64,000 nucleotides of DNA from an uncultured Gammaproteobacteria bacterium (lineage in GTDB: Bacteria > Patescibacteriota > Patescibacteriia > CAZSQN01). The position numbers and the translations under genes were made by a program. Below, one piece after another: positions 9,059 to 18,344 of the stretch. Every line of letters begins with the position of its first letter. Positions within the stretch are counted from its first letter, which is position 1. A model generated the notes under the pieces. The model saw only the letters and a list, made by a program, of their open reading frames with translations, was not told the origin of the DNA and ran no database searches. Where the stretch lies: the NCBI GenBank assembly GCA_964609095.1, contig CAZSQN010000002.1, positions 152,066-216,065 on the forward strand. The letters are read 5' to 3'.

Positions 9059-10185
9059 TATTTTGATAACTCTTTATGCAAAATTTCAATGATTCTTTCC
9101 GCCGCATGGCCGTCCCAATTTTCAATTTCCCGCGAATGTTTCCATTTACCCTGCATTATTTTTTCTATACTCTCTTTTATTTTCTGCTCGTCTAAGCCAA
9201 CTATTTCATTGGTTCCCTTCTCTACTGTTATCGGCCGTTCTGTTTCATTTCTTAAAGTAAGGCAAGGCACGCCTAAAATCGTTGTTTCTTCCTGAATGCC
9301 TCCGGAATCAGTTAATACAAACTTGGCATTTTTCATCAATTGAAGAAAATCAATATAACTTAAAGGTTCAATAAAATTTAATCTTTGTTTGCGCTCTTCC
9401 CAGCCCTGTTTCCCCCACGCGGTTATTATCTCTTTCTTTGTTCTGGGGTGAATAGGGAAAATTACCGGTAAATCTTTGCTTGCGCTCTCCAATACTCTAA
9501 GGGCCATACCCAAATTTTTTCCGAGATTTTCCGCTCTATGAAGCGTGATTAAAATAAAATTATCCGACTTCAGTTTCAAAGCATTCAATATATATGATTT
9601 TTCTTCAGCCAAAGGAAGAAAGCGTTTCAAAGTATCTATCATTACATTTCCGACTAAATACTTTTTACCCTTAACTTTTTCTTCTTCCAAATTCTTTAAT
9701 CCGTCCGGTTCCGAAGCAAACAAATAATCGGCAATTTTATCCGTTTCTGTGCGGTTATGTTCTTCCGACATTTTATTGTTAAAACTTCGCAGTCCCGCTT
9801 CTACGTGCGCGACGGAAATACCTGCCGCTTTTGCCGCTTCCGCTCCGGCCAAAGTGGAAGTGACATCCCCGACCACCGCAACAACATCAAATTTTTGTTC
9901 TCTAAAAATCTTTGCCAATTTCTCTTTTATTTCCCTCTTTTGCTCTTCGGCATTCTTGCCGCCGACTTCCAAATTATAATCCGGATGCGGCAGACCGAGC
10001 TCGTCAAAAAATACTTGCGACATTTTGTCGTCATAATGCTGGCCGGTATGAATCAGAGTATATTCAATATCATTAAATTCCTTTCCATTTTCATCGTGCT
10101 CTTTGTTGTGTGTTTCACACGCCTCTATAAGCGCGGCCACTTTCATAAAATTCGGCCTGGCTCCGGCAATAAAGCAAATTCTCAT
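9058..10185 (-). CDS. wecB: UDP-N-acetylglucosamine 2-epimerase (non-hydrolysing)
   Basis: ARPNFMK, HVEAGLRS and DSGGIQEE motifs. Confidence 0.8.
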   Translation of the reverse strand: MRICFIAGARPNFMKVAALIEACETHNKEHDENGKEFNDIEYTLIHTGQHYDDKMSQVFFDELGLPHPDYNLEVGGKNAEEQKREIKEKLAKIFREQKFDVVAVVGDVTSTLAGAEAAKAAGISVAHVEAGLRSFNNKMSEEHNRTETDKIADYLFASEPDGLKNLEEEKVKGKKYLVGNVMIDTLKRFLPLAEEKSYILNALKLKSDNFILITLHRAENLGKNLGMALRVLESASKDLPVIFPIHPRTKKEIITAWGKQGWEERKQRLNFIEPLSYIDFLQLMKNAKFVLTDSGGIQEETTILGVPCLTLRNETERPITVEKGTNEIVGLDEQKIKESIEKIMQGKWKHSREIENWDGHAAERIIEILHKELSK

Positions 10186-10187
10186 AC

Positions 10188-10931
10188 TTAATTATTCTTT
10201 TCACAGACCGCGATAAGCCGGCGGCATTTTCTAAGCGGCGCGCGATTAAAAAATTTCGGCCACAGGCGGCTGTTGTACCGGGAAGCCGCGCCTTTTAACG
10301 TCCAAAAACGGTTATCCAAAAATTTATACAAAAAATTCAGAATATGAAATCCGGCTTTGTCCTGCCCCAGCATTTCTTCAACTCTAAAATGAGCCGCCAA
10401 TCCAGTTTGCAGAGAAGCGGGCGTAAAATGCTGATAATGTTTGTGATGCAAAGATATGGGCATCCCAGTTGAAGGAACGGTTATGATCAGCCGACCGTTA
10501 TCCTTTAGGACGCGCTTGAGATTATCTAAAACCATCGGTATTTTCTCCGGCGCAATATGCTCCAAGGTTTCTATAAAAAAAATAACATCAAAATATTTTT
10601 CTGGAAAAGGCAGGGCCTGCGTTAAATCGGCTTGAACAAGTTCGGCCGCCGGCGCCAATATCTTGGCAAAAGAAAGGGCTCTTTCGGAATAATCCGCTCC
10701 AAAAATCTCACTTGCGCCGCCTTCTTTCAAGAAGCTCAAAAACCTGCCGTCGCCGCAGCCGGCGTCAAGCGCTCTCGGCGATTCCCGGCCATTAAGATAT
10801 TTTTTTAAAAACTCCAAACAGATTGAAAGGTAGCCAAAATAAACCCGCCCGTTAAAAGTATCCGGGCGCATAGACCAATGATACGGAATTTTATATTCGT
10901 CTTCCTGAACTTTTTGCCTGGCGTTAAACAT
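10188..10931 (-). CDS. class I SAM-dependent methyltransferase
   Basis: LDAGCGDGRF motif I. Confidence 0.7.
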   Translation of the reverse strand: MFNARQKVQEDEYKIPYHWSMRPDTFNGRVYFGYLSICLEFLKKYLNGRESPRALDAGCGDGRFLSFLKEGGASEIFGADYSERALSFAKILAPAAELVQADLTQALPFPEKYFDVIFFIETLEHIAPEKIPMVLDNLKRVLKDNGRLIITVPSTGMPISLHHKHYQHFTPASLQTGLAAHFRVEEMLGQDKAGFHILNFLYKFLDNRFWTLKGAASRYNSRLWPKFFNRAPLRKCRRLIAVCEKNN

Positions 10932-10937
10932 AAAAAA

Positions 10938-11639
10938 CTAACGGCGTCCGACGGTATTAAAATAAATAATCGCGCCTATTGCTTTAATGCCGTCCTTCCA
11001 GTTTATTTTTTTCCCTTCTTTATAAGTGCGCCCCCTGTAAGAAATGCCCACTTCATAAATGCGCGATTGATTAGCCGCAAGGCGCGCCGTGATCTCCGGC
11101 TCAAAACCAAAACGGTCTGATTTAAGCGACGGCGCTATCTTCCGGATAACTTCGCCGGCAAACGCCTTATAGCAGGTTTCCATATCCGTGAGATTTAAGT
11201 TGGTAAACATATTGGAAAGGGTGGTCAGGACCCTATTGCCCAAAGCGTGCCAATAATACAAAACGCGGTGCGGATGCGAGCCCAGGAAACGCGAACCGTA
11301 AACAACATCGGCGTCTCCGTTCACAATCGGCTTTATAATCCAGGAAAACTCGGCCGGATTGTATTCCAAATCCGCGTCTTGGATAATCACCACGTCGCCA
11401 GTGGTCCCTCCAAAACCGATTCTTAACGCCGCGCCCTTTCCCATATTTCTGGTCTGATAAACAATCTTGTGCCGTCCCTCGTATTCTTTAAGAATATCCC
11501 TCGTTCCGTCCGTTGAGCAGTCGTCCACAATCACGATTTCTTTTTCAATGCCGCCGATATCAGCATCCTCCACGCGGCGCAAAATTTCGCGAATGGTATT
11601 TTTTTCGTTAAAAACAGGTATGACAACGGATAATTTCAT
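10938..11639 (-). CDS. GT2 glycosyltransferase, polyprenol-phosphate sugar synthase (DPM1-like)
   Basis: [10 protein letters not shown] ... [10 protein letters not shown]2 signature; size and layout like Dol-P-Man/polyprenol-P-sugar synthases. Confidence 0.75.
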   Translation of the reverse strand: MKLSVVIPVFNEKNTIREILRRVEDADIGGIEKEIVIVDDCSTDGTRDILKEYEGRHKIVYQTRNMGKGAALRIGFGGTTGDVVIIQDADLEYNPAEFSWIIKPIVNGDADVVYGSRFLGSHPHRVLYYWHALGNRVLTTLSNMFTNLNLTDMETCYKAFAGEVIRKIAPSLKSDRFGFEPEITARLAANQSRIYEVGISYRGRTYKEGKKINWKDGIKAIGAIIYFNTVGRR

Positions 11640-12571
11640 ATTCTCTTTCTAAAGTCCTCTATCGTTTTCTTTAACCCGTCCTTAAGGGGCACCTCCGGCG
11701 CCCAATTTAATTTTTCCCCGGCCAAAGAAATATCGGGCTGGCGCTGGCGCGGGTCATCGGCGGGAAGGGGTTTGTATTCAACCTTGCTTCGCGACCCTGT
11801 TTCTTCAATAATCATCTGCGCTATATCTTTTATCTTATATTCCTCCGGATTGCCCATATTAAACGGCCCGGTAAAGCGCTCTTTGAGCAGATTTATCATG
11901 CCTCGCGTAAGGTCATCCACATATTGAAAGCTGCGCGTCTGGCTGCCGTCTCCGTAAATGGTGATGGGCTCGCCGCGAAGCGCCTGCACCACAAAGTTTG
12001 ACACGACCCTGCCGTCGTTAACGGCCATGCGAGGGCCGTAGGTATTAAAAATCCTGATTATCCGCGCGTCGGTTCCGTATTGACGGTTGTAATCCATGCA
12101 CAATGTTTCCGCGCATCTTTTTCCCTCATCATAACAGGCGCGCGGGCCGATTGGATTGACATTGCCGCGATAGCTCTCTTTTTGCGGGTGCTCCACCGGA
12201 TCGCCGTAAACCTCGGAGGTAGAGGCCTGGATCATGGGAATTTTCAGCCGCTTTGCGAGTTCAAGCATATTAGCGGTGCCCAAAACATTGGTTCTTATTG
12301 TTTTCACGGGGTCAAACTGATAATGGACCGGCGAGGCCGGACAAGCAAGATGAAAAATGGCGCCGACTTCCAGATTTATCGGCTCGGTAACATCATGGCG
12401 TATCAGTTCAAAGCGGTCCGAAGGAAGAAGGTGGCGGATATTATCCTTTGAACCGGTAAAAAAGTTATCTAAACACGCTACTTCATGACCAAGGGAAAGA
12501 AGCTTATCGCAAAGATGAGAGCCGATAAATCCGGCTCCGCCGGTTACAAGTATGGTTAAACGGTTTTCCAT
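11636..12571 (-). CDS. UDP-glucuronate decarboxylase (UXS-like) SDR
   Basis: [34 protein letters not shown], very UXS-like. Confidence 0.75.
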   Translation of the reverse strand: MENRLTILVTGGAGFIGSHLCDKLLSLGHEVACLDNFFTGSKDNIRHLLPSDRFELIRHDVTEPINLEVGAIFHLACPASPVHYQFDPVKTIRTNVLGTANMLELAKRLKIPMIQASTSEVYGDPVEHPQKESYRGNVNPIGPRACYDEGKRCAETLCMDYNRQYGTDARIIRIFNTYGPRMAVNDGRVVSNFVVQALRGEPITIYGDGSQTRSFQYVDDLTRGMINLLKERFTGPFNMGNPEEYKIKDIAQMIIEETGSRSKVEYKPLPADDPRQRQPDISLAGEKLNWAPEVPLKDGLKKTIEDFRKRI

Positions 12572-14811
12572 AAGCTGTTCATTTTATCCGCTATTGCCTT
12601 GCTTGACAAGCCCGACACGGAAATCCTCCCTGCTTCGGCCAATCTCTTGCGCAAATCCTCTTGAAGAGCCATTTTCATTAAGGCCTGCCGCATCGCCTCG
12701 CTATTTCCAAAAGGAACAACAAGCGCGTTTTCTCCGTCTTTAAGGAAATCATGCGCCGCGCCAACTTCGGAAGTGGCAACTACGGGGCAGCCGCGCTGCA
12801 ACGCTTCCACAATAACCCTGCCCCACGACTCCTGCCGCGAAGGCAGAACCAAAAAGTCAGCCGTACGGTATTCGTTATCCAATAACGCTTCCGAAACCGT
12901 TCCGACAAAATCAATTCTAGAATCCATATCTAAATCTTTTGTCAGCCCCTTAATCGTTTCGGCTTCCATCCCGTCGCCGACCACGCGCAAATACAAAGGA
13001 ATTTGTTTTGCCGCGGCCGCGAAAACAGGCAAAAACCAATCAAGGCCTTTTTCCTTGGTTAATCTGCCGACAAATAAGGCGCGGATAGCGCCTTCCGGAT
13101 ATTTATCCGCGCTCTTTACAGGCGGTTCGGACTTAATCTCGCCGGAAACTACCGGAAACACTTCTATGTGTTTTGATTTTAACGCTAAAAATTTATTCAA
13201 CATTCCTTCCTTCGCTTTTTGGCTCACAATCCTGATGGCGTCCGCTCGCCGCAAAATCCGGCCGGCGATTAAATTACGGAACAAATGAGGATGCAATCTT
13301 TTATCTTTTGGCCAAAAATCGCCGTGAAGTTCGGCTATTAATTTGGCCTTATTTTTTTTCGCCAAATACCTTGCCAAAAAACCGGTAAAAAACGGGTCCT
13401 GCGCGGATATGATATGCGGCCTAAAACTTTTGACGAGTTTCTTGCCGCCAAAAAACGTATTTACAAACGCGCTGATTTTATTGCTTCCGCCAAATCTATG
13501 AACATATAAATTGGTTCCTAACATATGTTTCTCGCTTCCGGCGCCTAAAACTAAAACAACTAAGCCGTTAGCGCCGAGAGCGTAATTTAACATTCTCCTG
13601 AAACTGGGCGAATCGCTCTCCAAAACAGAGGCGTCCAAACTTATAATCATCGCTCTTTTGCTTAGCAAAACCGCGCCTAACGCCGTTTCTGTTTCCTTAA
13701 AAGTTCTTTCTTCCGTAAAACCTCTTGCTTTCTCTTGCGCGCGCTCCGCCATGCTCTCGGCAAATTTATCATCCGTGAGAAGTTTGACCATCGCCTCTTT
13801 AATCGCTCCAACATCGTTAACGGCAAAAACAACCGCATTTTCTCCGTCAGAGACAAGCTCGGCGTTTCCGCCCGCGCAAGTAGTGGCCAAAGGAAGTCCG
13901 GCGGCCATAACCTCAATCAGCTGATGGGAAAATCCCTCATAGGCGGTATTTAGGACAAAGGCGCGGGAAGTAAGATACAGTTCCGGCAATTCGTTATGCG
14001 GTATCTTGCCCGGCAAATGCGCTGTACCCTCAAGGCCCAACTCTAAAACAAGATTCTCAAGTTTGGCGCGTTCCGGCCCGTCACCCGCGATAACAAGCTG
14101 AGCGTCCGGAATTATTTCCTTGACTTCGCGCATGGCAAAAATCAATTCTTCAAATCCTTTCCACGGAACAAGGCGGCCGGCGGAAAGAATTGTTTTTGGC
14201 TTGCCGCGCACAGTCGGTTTGGGATAAACGGCTCCCAAAACGGCGTTATAAATAACTTTGACATTGAAAGGATATACTCCCCAGCCCAAAACTATTTTTT
14301 GAAGATACTTGCTGGGAACTATCACCAGCTCCGCGGAGCTGGCAACATATTTTTCAATCTTTTTCAAAATCTCAATCTTCAATCCGTATTTTTTTGTCTG
14401 AAAATCGTCCAACGCGTCCCTTATCCCGTATTTTCCCTGCGCCTGCTCCCAGGCGTAATCACCGACCATTTTAAGCGCAAAATATTTTCGCGCGAGTTTG
14501 GCGGCCAGAAGCGCCGGCAATCCCGAAGAAACGGAATCCTGCGCGAAAATAATGTCGCCGCTTCTTCCCGCGCGCCAGACCTTAAGAAAATAAAAAAAGT
14601 GGCGCAATACCGGCGCGGGACGCCTGCTTACTTTATAAATTTCCGCTTCAGGATTGTCTTTGCCTTCGCCGTAAGAAACAACGACAACTTCATGCCCGGC
14701 CGCTAAAAGATGCTCGCGCAATTTTTTACTGTATTGCGCCGGGCCTCCGATATCCGGCGGATAGATGCCTGTGGCAATAATGATTTTCATCCCGTTAGAA
14801 ATAGGGTTCAT
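12556..14811 (-). CDS. tandem double-domain glycosyltransferase (two GT4 units fused)
   Basis: 751 aa. GT4 N-terminus [17 protein letters not shown], a second GT4-like unit in the C-terminal half, and two EX7E-like regions. Confidence 0.65.
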   Translation of the reverse strand: MNPISNGMKIIIATGIYPPDIGGPAQYSKKLREHLLAAGHEVVVVSYGEGKDNPEAEIYKVSRRPAPVLRHFFYFLKVWRAGRSGDIIFAQDSVSSGLPALLAAKLARKYFALKMVGDYAWEQAQGKYGIRDALDDFQTKKYGLKIEILKKIEKYVASSAELVIVPSKYLQKIVLGWGVYPFNVKVIYNAVLGAVYPKPTVRGKPKTILSAGRLVPWKGFEELIFAMREVKEIIPDAQLVIAGDGPERAKLENLVLELGLEGTAHLPGKIPHNELPELYLTSRAFVLNTAYEGFSHQLIEVMAAGLPLATTCAGGNAELVSDGENAVVFAVNDVGAIKEAMVKLLTDDKFAESMAERAQEKARGFTEERTFKETETALGAVLLSKRAMIISLDASVLESDSPSFRRMLNYALGANGLVVLVLGAGSEKHMLGTNLYVHRFGGSNKISAFVNTFFGGKKLVKSFRPHIISAQDPFFTGFLARYLAKKNKAKLIAELHGDFWPKDKRLHPHLFRNLIAGRILRRADAIRIVSQKAKEGMLNKFLALKSKHIEVFPVVSGEIKSEPPVKSADKYPEGAIRALFVGRLTKEKGLDWFLPVFAAAAKQIPLYLRVVGDGMEAETIKGLTKDLDMDSRIDFVGTVSEALLDNEYRTADFLVLPSRQESWGRVIVEALQRGCPVVATSEVGAAHDFLKDGENALVVPFGNSEAMRQALMKMALQEDLRKRLAEAGRISVSGLSSKAIADKMNSLWKTV

Positions 14812-15950
14812 AAATATCTGTCGTAGAGCGAACTTACCTGTTCGGTGATTTTATCCCATGAGAAATTTTTAATTCTTTCCTTGGCGGCGGCAACCATCCG
14901 TTTGGCAAGTTCGTCATCGCTCCATATTCTTTTGATTGCTTCGGCAATGGCCTGCGGGTCTTTGGGCGGAACAAGCAACCCGGTCACTTCGTTTTCCACC
15001 GCGTCAGGTATGCCCCCGACATAAGTGCCGACTACCGGCACTCCCAAGGCCTGCGCTTCCAAAAAAACAATCCCCAACCCTTCGGCCAGCGACGGACCGA
15101 CAAAAATTTCCGCGGTCGCGGCTTCGCTCATGGCGCGGCCGTGCGGCAGGGCTCCGCGGAAAAAGACGCATCCTCCAAGATCAAGCGCGCGGACAAGATT
15201 TCTAAGTTTTTCTTCTTCGGCGCCGGAACCGACAATTACCAGATGCGCGTCTCCAAAATGCGCGCGAATTATGGGCATGGCCGAAATCAGATACTCATGG
15301 CCTTTTTCCCAGCTAAGCCGCCCCACGCTGACGATTCTTTTTGGAATTTTGGCGCGCTGATGCGAGAGAAGCGGCTGTATTTCCGTTAAATCCACCCCGT
15401 TGGGGATTTTGGAAATCCTGCTTTCGCTAACGCCAAGACGCGCCGCGCGCTCCTTCAGATAACGGCTGATGGCGGTTATGTGCGAGGGAGAAATATGAAT
15501 CAATTTCCATAAAAAATACGGGATTTTTCTTTGTTTTTTCGCGTCGTCCAAATCTCCGCTCTGCAGCGTCAATATTGTCGGGGTTTTCCACCGGAGAAAC
15601 CGATAAAACATCAAGGCCATGCCGGCATAGGATTCCATAATGGCGTGCGCCAAATCCGGCTTTAATGAAAACGCCGCCACGGGCGCCAAAAACGGAAACA
15701 GCCACTTATCAAATTTCACGCCCAGGCCAAGGCGCACTAATTTTCCGTGACGCAAATTTTCCCGTTTGGGCATCTTGCGGGAATTGCGGGTGGTAAAAAG
15801 CACAAAGTGGTAGCGCTCTCCGAGACGGTCTACCACTTCTCTTACAAATCTTTCCGCTCCGCTCTCCCACGGCATATAAAATGCCGAGAAGATGGCGATA
15901 GTTGGTTTATCGGAGGTATGCTTCATATGTCTTTTTGAGTCCTTCTTCAA
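14808..15950 (-). CDS. glycosyltransferase family 4
   Basis: Typical GT4 body (GxGxxxE / Glycos_transf_1 region). Start may be the internal Met at 15926. Confidence 0.7.
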   Translation of the reverse strand: MKKDSKRHMKHTSDKPTIAIFSAFYMPWESGAERFVREVVDRLGERYHFVLFTTRNSRKMPKRENLRHGKLVRLGLGVKFDKWLFPFLAPVAAFSLKPDLAHAIMESYAGMALMFYRFLRWKTPTILTLQSGDLDDAKKQRKIPYFLWKLIHISPSHITAISRYLKERAARLGVSESRISKIPNGVDLTEIQPLLSHQRAKIPKRIVSVGRLSWEKGHEYLISAMPIIRAHFGDAHLVIVGSGAEEEKLRNLVRALDLGGCVFFRGALPHGRAMSEAATAEIFVGPSLAEGLGIVFLEAQALGVPVVGTYVGGIPDAVENEVTGLLVPPKDPQAIAEAIKRIWSDDELAKRMVAAAKERIKNFSWDKITEQVSSLYDRYL

Positions 15951-16851
15951 GCCCGACGCGCGGCGTAAAGTCCAGACATTGCCGCATCTTGCTTATCTGC
16001 GGCCAACGATGCCAGACCTCAATTTTCCGCGGCGGCAAAAATTCCGGTTTTATACTTTTCCCGGAAATGGAAATTATTTTTTCAGCCAGTTCCAGGACGG
16101 TTGTCGGCCGTCCGGTGCCGATATTTATCACCTGCCCGTTGGCTTCATCGCGAGTGAGCGCGCAAATCGCGGCTTCCACATTATCATCAACAAAGACAAA
16201 ATCCCTTGTCTGGGTTCCGTCGCCAAAAATTGTCGGAGATTTTCCTTCCAAAACCTGATTGATGAATACGCCGACCACAAAACCGTACTCGCTTCCCTCC
16301 TGCCGCGGCCCGTAAACGTTAAAAAAGCGCAAAGCAACGGTTGGAAGTTTTCTTTTTTCCCAATACGCCCGCAGAAGATTTTCTCCCGCGAGTTTTACCA
16401 CCGCGTAGGGCATTTTGGCGTTAACGGCGCCGTCTTCGCGTTCGGGCAGCTCAAGAGGGTTGCCGTATACTTCGGATGAGGAAGAAAAAACTATTTTTTT
16501 AACTCCCGCGCGCTCGGAGCACTCCAGAATGTTGTTTATACCGGCAATGTCAGCCATCACCTCAAGCGGCGATTCCAAGGTTCTTTTTACTCCCACGATG
16601 GCCGCGTAATGAAACACAAAATCTATCTTGAACTGGGAAAATGCCGCGGCAAGCTCCGTCTTGTTATTGGCGTCTCCTTTAATAAAATAAAAATTGCCGT
16701 TTGTTTTAAGATGTTCAATGTTTGATTCGCGGCCGGTGGAAAGATTGTCAAAACAAACAACAGCCGAGCCCATTTTAAGCAGACGTTCGCACAAATGAGA
16801 GCCGATAAACCCGGCTCCGCCGGTAACTAATGAGATTTTTCCTTCAAGCAT
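15907..16851 (-). CDS. NAD-dependent nucleotide-sugar epimerase/dehydratase (SDR)
   Basis: [19 protein letters not shown]; YxxxK SDR architecture. Tool ORF prefix MCWIKQIMCGVCPAHNLNYVRG is in-frame translation of the upstream REP cluster; real ATG at 16851. Confidence 0.8.
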   Translation of the reverse strand: MLEGKISLVTGGAGFIGSHLCERLLKMGSAVVCFDNLSTGRESNIEHLKTNGNFYFIKGDANNKTELAAAFSQFKIDFVFHYAAIVGVKRTLESPLEVMADIAGINNILECSERAGVKKIVFSSSSEVYGNPLELPEREDGAVNAKMPYAVVKLAGENLLRAYWEKRKLPTVALRFFNVYGPRQEGSEYGFVVGVFINQVLEGKSPTIFGDGTQTRDFVFVDDNVEAAICALTRDEANGQVINIGTGRPTTVLELAEKIISISGKSIKPEFLPPRKIEVWHRWPQISKMRQCLDFTPRVGLEEGLKKTYEAYLR

Positions 16852-16852
16852 A

Positions 16853-17176
16853 CCCCGCACATAATTTAGGTTATGTGCGGGGCATACCCCGCACATAATT
16901 TGCTTAATCCAACACATAATTCAGATTATATGTTGAATCTGATAATTAGATAATATACCTCCCCGCATTCTTACAAACAAACTGAATTATGTGCGGGGTG
17001 ATAAACTTCCTCTCATTATGGGCGCAAAAGTACGAATTGTCAATGCGGTTAAAATGTCTTATAGTTAAACGAACAGTATGCCCCGCACATAACTTTGCCT
17101 ATTATAGCGTGGTGCGGGAAAGTAAAAAGATTAAAATATTGTTTGTCTGATTTTATTAAGTAAATTATGTGCGGGG
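16853..17176. repeat. divergent-promoter intergenic region packed with six copies of the 12-mer unit CCCCGCACATAA/TTATGTGCGGGG
   Basis: Copies at 16853 (C form), 16871 (G form), 16887 (C), 16987 (G), 17081 (C), 17165 (G). 16853-16882 is a perfect 12-bp-stem hairpin. 17081-17176 is a 96-bp cassette resembling the 4740-4835 element. Both flanking start codons abut a unit. Confidence 0.75.
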
Positions 17177-17177
17177 T

Positions 17178-18344
17178 ATGAATAAGCCCAAAATACTTTA
17201 TCTCATTACTCAAGCCGAATGGGGCGGCGCCCAACGTTATGTTTTTGATTTGGCAATCGCTTTTAAAACGGAATTTGACGTGTCTATCGCGGCTGGAGCC
17301 GAAAATGGCGACGATTCGCTTTTAAGGCGATCCCGAGACAACGGAATACGCACAGTTGAAATTTCAAACCTGCATAGAGAGATACGGCCAATTGAAGATA
17401 TCCGCGCGCTTTTAAAAATACGTTCACTGCTTAAAGAACTTAAGCCGCAAATACTTCATCTAAACAGCGCCAAAGCAGCCGTCCTCGGAACTTTGGCCGC
17501 GGCTTGGACAGGAATAAAAATAGTTTATACGGTGCACGGCTGGTCGTTTCTCGAACCGCTTTCAATATGGAAAAAGGCGGCCTATCTTATTTTTGAAAAA
17601 ATATCTTGTTCGTTTGGCCGCGAGGCCACCATACTTTTAAGCCAAAAAGAATTGGCGGCCGCCAAAAAATACGGATTGAATTGCGGCGAAACAGAAATTA
17701 TTTTTCATGGAATTGCTCCGCCGGCATTTTTGGACAAGGAAACCGCCTTGCAAAAATTAAACGAACATCTGCAAAAACCTCTGCCCAAAAATGCCCTTTT
17801 AATAGGCACCGTCGCCAACCTTTATGAAACAAAAGATATCGCCAACCTCATCGAGGCGTTAAAAGGCGTAAATGAAAATTTTATTTCAATCGTCATCGGA
17901 ACAGGGCCTTTATTTGGCCGCCTTAAAACATTGATTGAAGAGGAAAAACTTTCAAACCGCGTTATTTTGGCCGGAAAAATCATACCGGCAACGGAGATAT
18001 TAAAATCCTTTGATATTTTTGTCCTGCCATCGGCCAAAGAGGGTTTCCCCTACGCGATTTTGGAAGCCATGGCCGCCGGACTGCCTATTGCCGCCACTTC
18101 CGTCGGAGCCATTCCGGAAATGATTGAAGATAAAAAAAGCGGCCTTATAGCGCCGCCTAAAAACCCGGGCGCGCTTAAAACCGCGATTGAATCGCTTTTG
18201 AAAGATGAAAATCTTCGTTCCTTGCTCGGCCAGACAGCCGCAAATGAATTCAAAATCCGTTTTTCAAAAGATAAAATGGTTCAAGCGACAAAAGAAATCT
18301 ATTTAAAGTTTCTTTCTGATTCGTCAAAAAGCAGGGAAATCTGA
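17178..18344 (+). CDS. glycosyltransferase family 4
   Basis: MNKPKILYLITQAEWGGAQRY GT4 N-terminus. Tool start (GTG at 17169) lies inside the repeat; ATG at 17178 preferred. Confidence 0.8.
   Translation: MNKPKILYLITQAEWGGAQRYVFDLAIAFKTEFDVSIAAGAENGDDSLLRRSRDNGIRTVEISNLHREIRPIEDIRALLKIRSLLKELKPQILHLNSAKAAVLGTLAAAWTGIKIVYTVHGWSFLEPLSIWKKAAYLIFEKISCSFGREATILLSQKELAAAKKYGLNCGETEIIFHGIAPPAFLDKETALQKLNEHLQKPLPKNALLIGTVANLYETKDIANLIEALKGVNENFISIVIGTGPLFGRLKTLIEEEKLSNRVILAGKIIPATEILKSFDIFVLPSAKEGFPYAILEAMAAGLPIAATSVGAIPEMIEDKKSGLIAPPKNPGALKTAIESLLKDENLRSLLGQTAANEFKIRFSKDKMVQATKEIYLKFLSDSSKSREI

Noticed and set aside
15892-16479. 195-aa plus-strand ORF (and 15902..16258)
   Set aside because: Antisense to the SDR epimerase gene with clear GGAGFIGSH motif on the other strand.
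16852-16917. N-terminal extensions MCWIKQ... / MRGM... on several tool ORFs (15907..16917, 2136..3557, 3581..4747, 34227..35303, 58428..59153, 17169..)
   Set aside because: These prefixes are translations of the REP unit TTATGTGCGGGGTATG, which happens to be in frame and stop-free. The conserved protein N-termini begin at the ATG right after the unit.
17049-17234. 61-aa minus-strand ORF in the divergent REP-rich intergenic region
   Set aside because: Sits entirely within repeat sequence between two divergent promoters; no coding signal.
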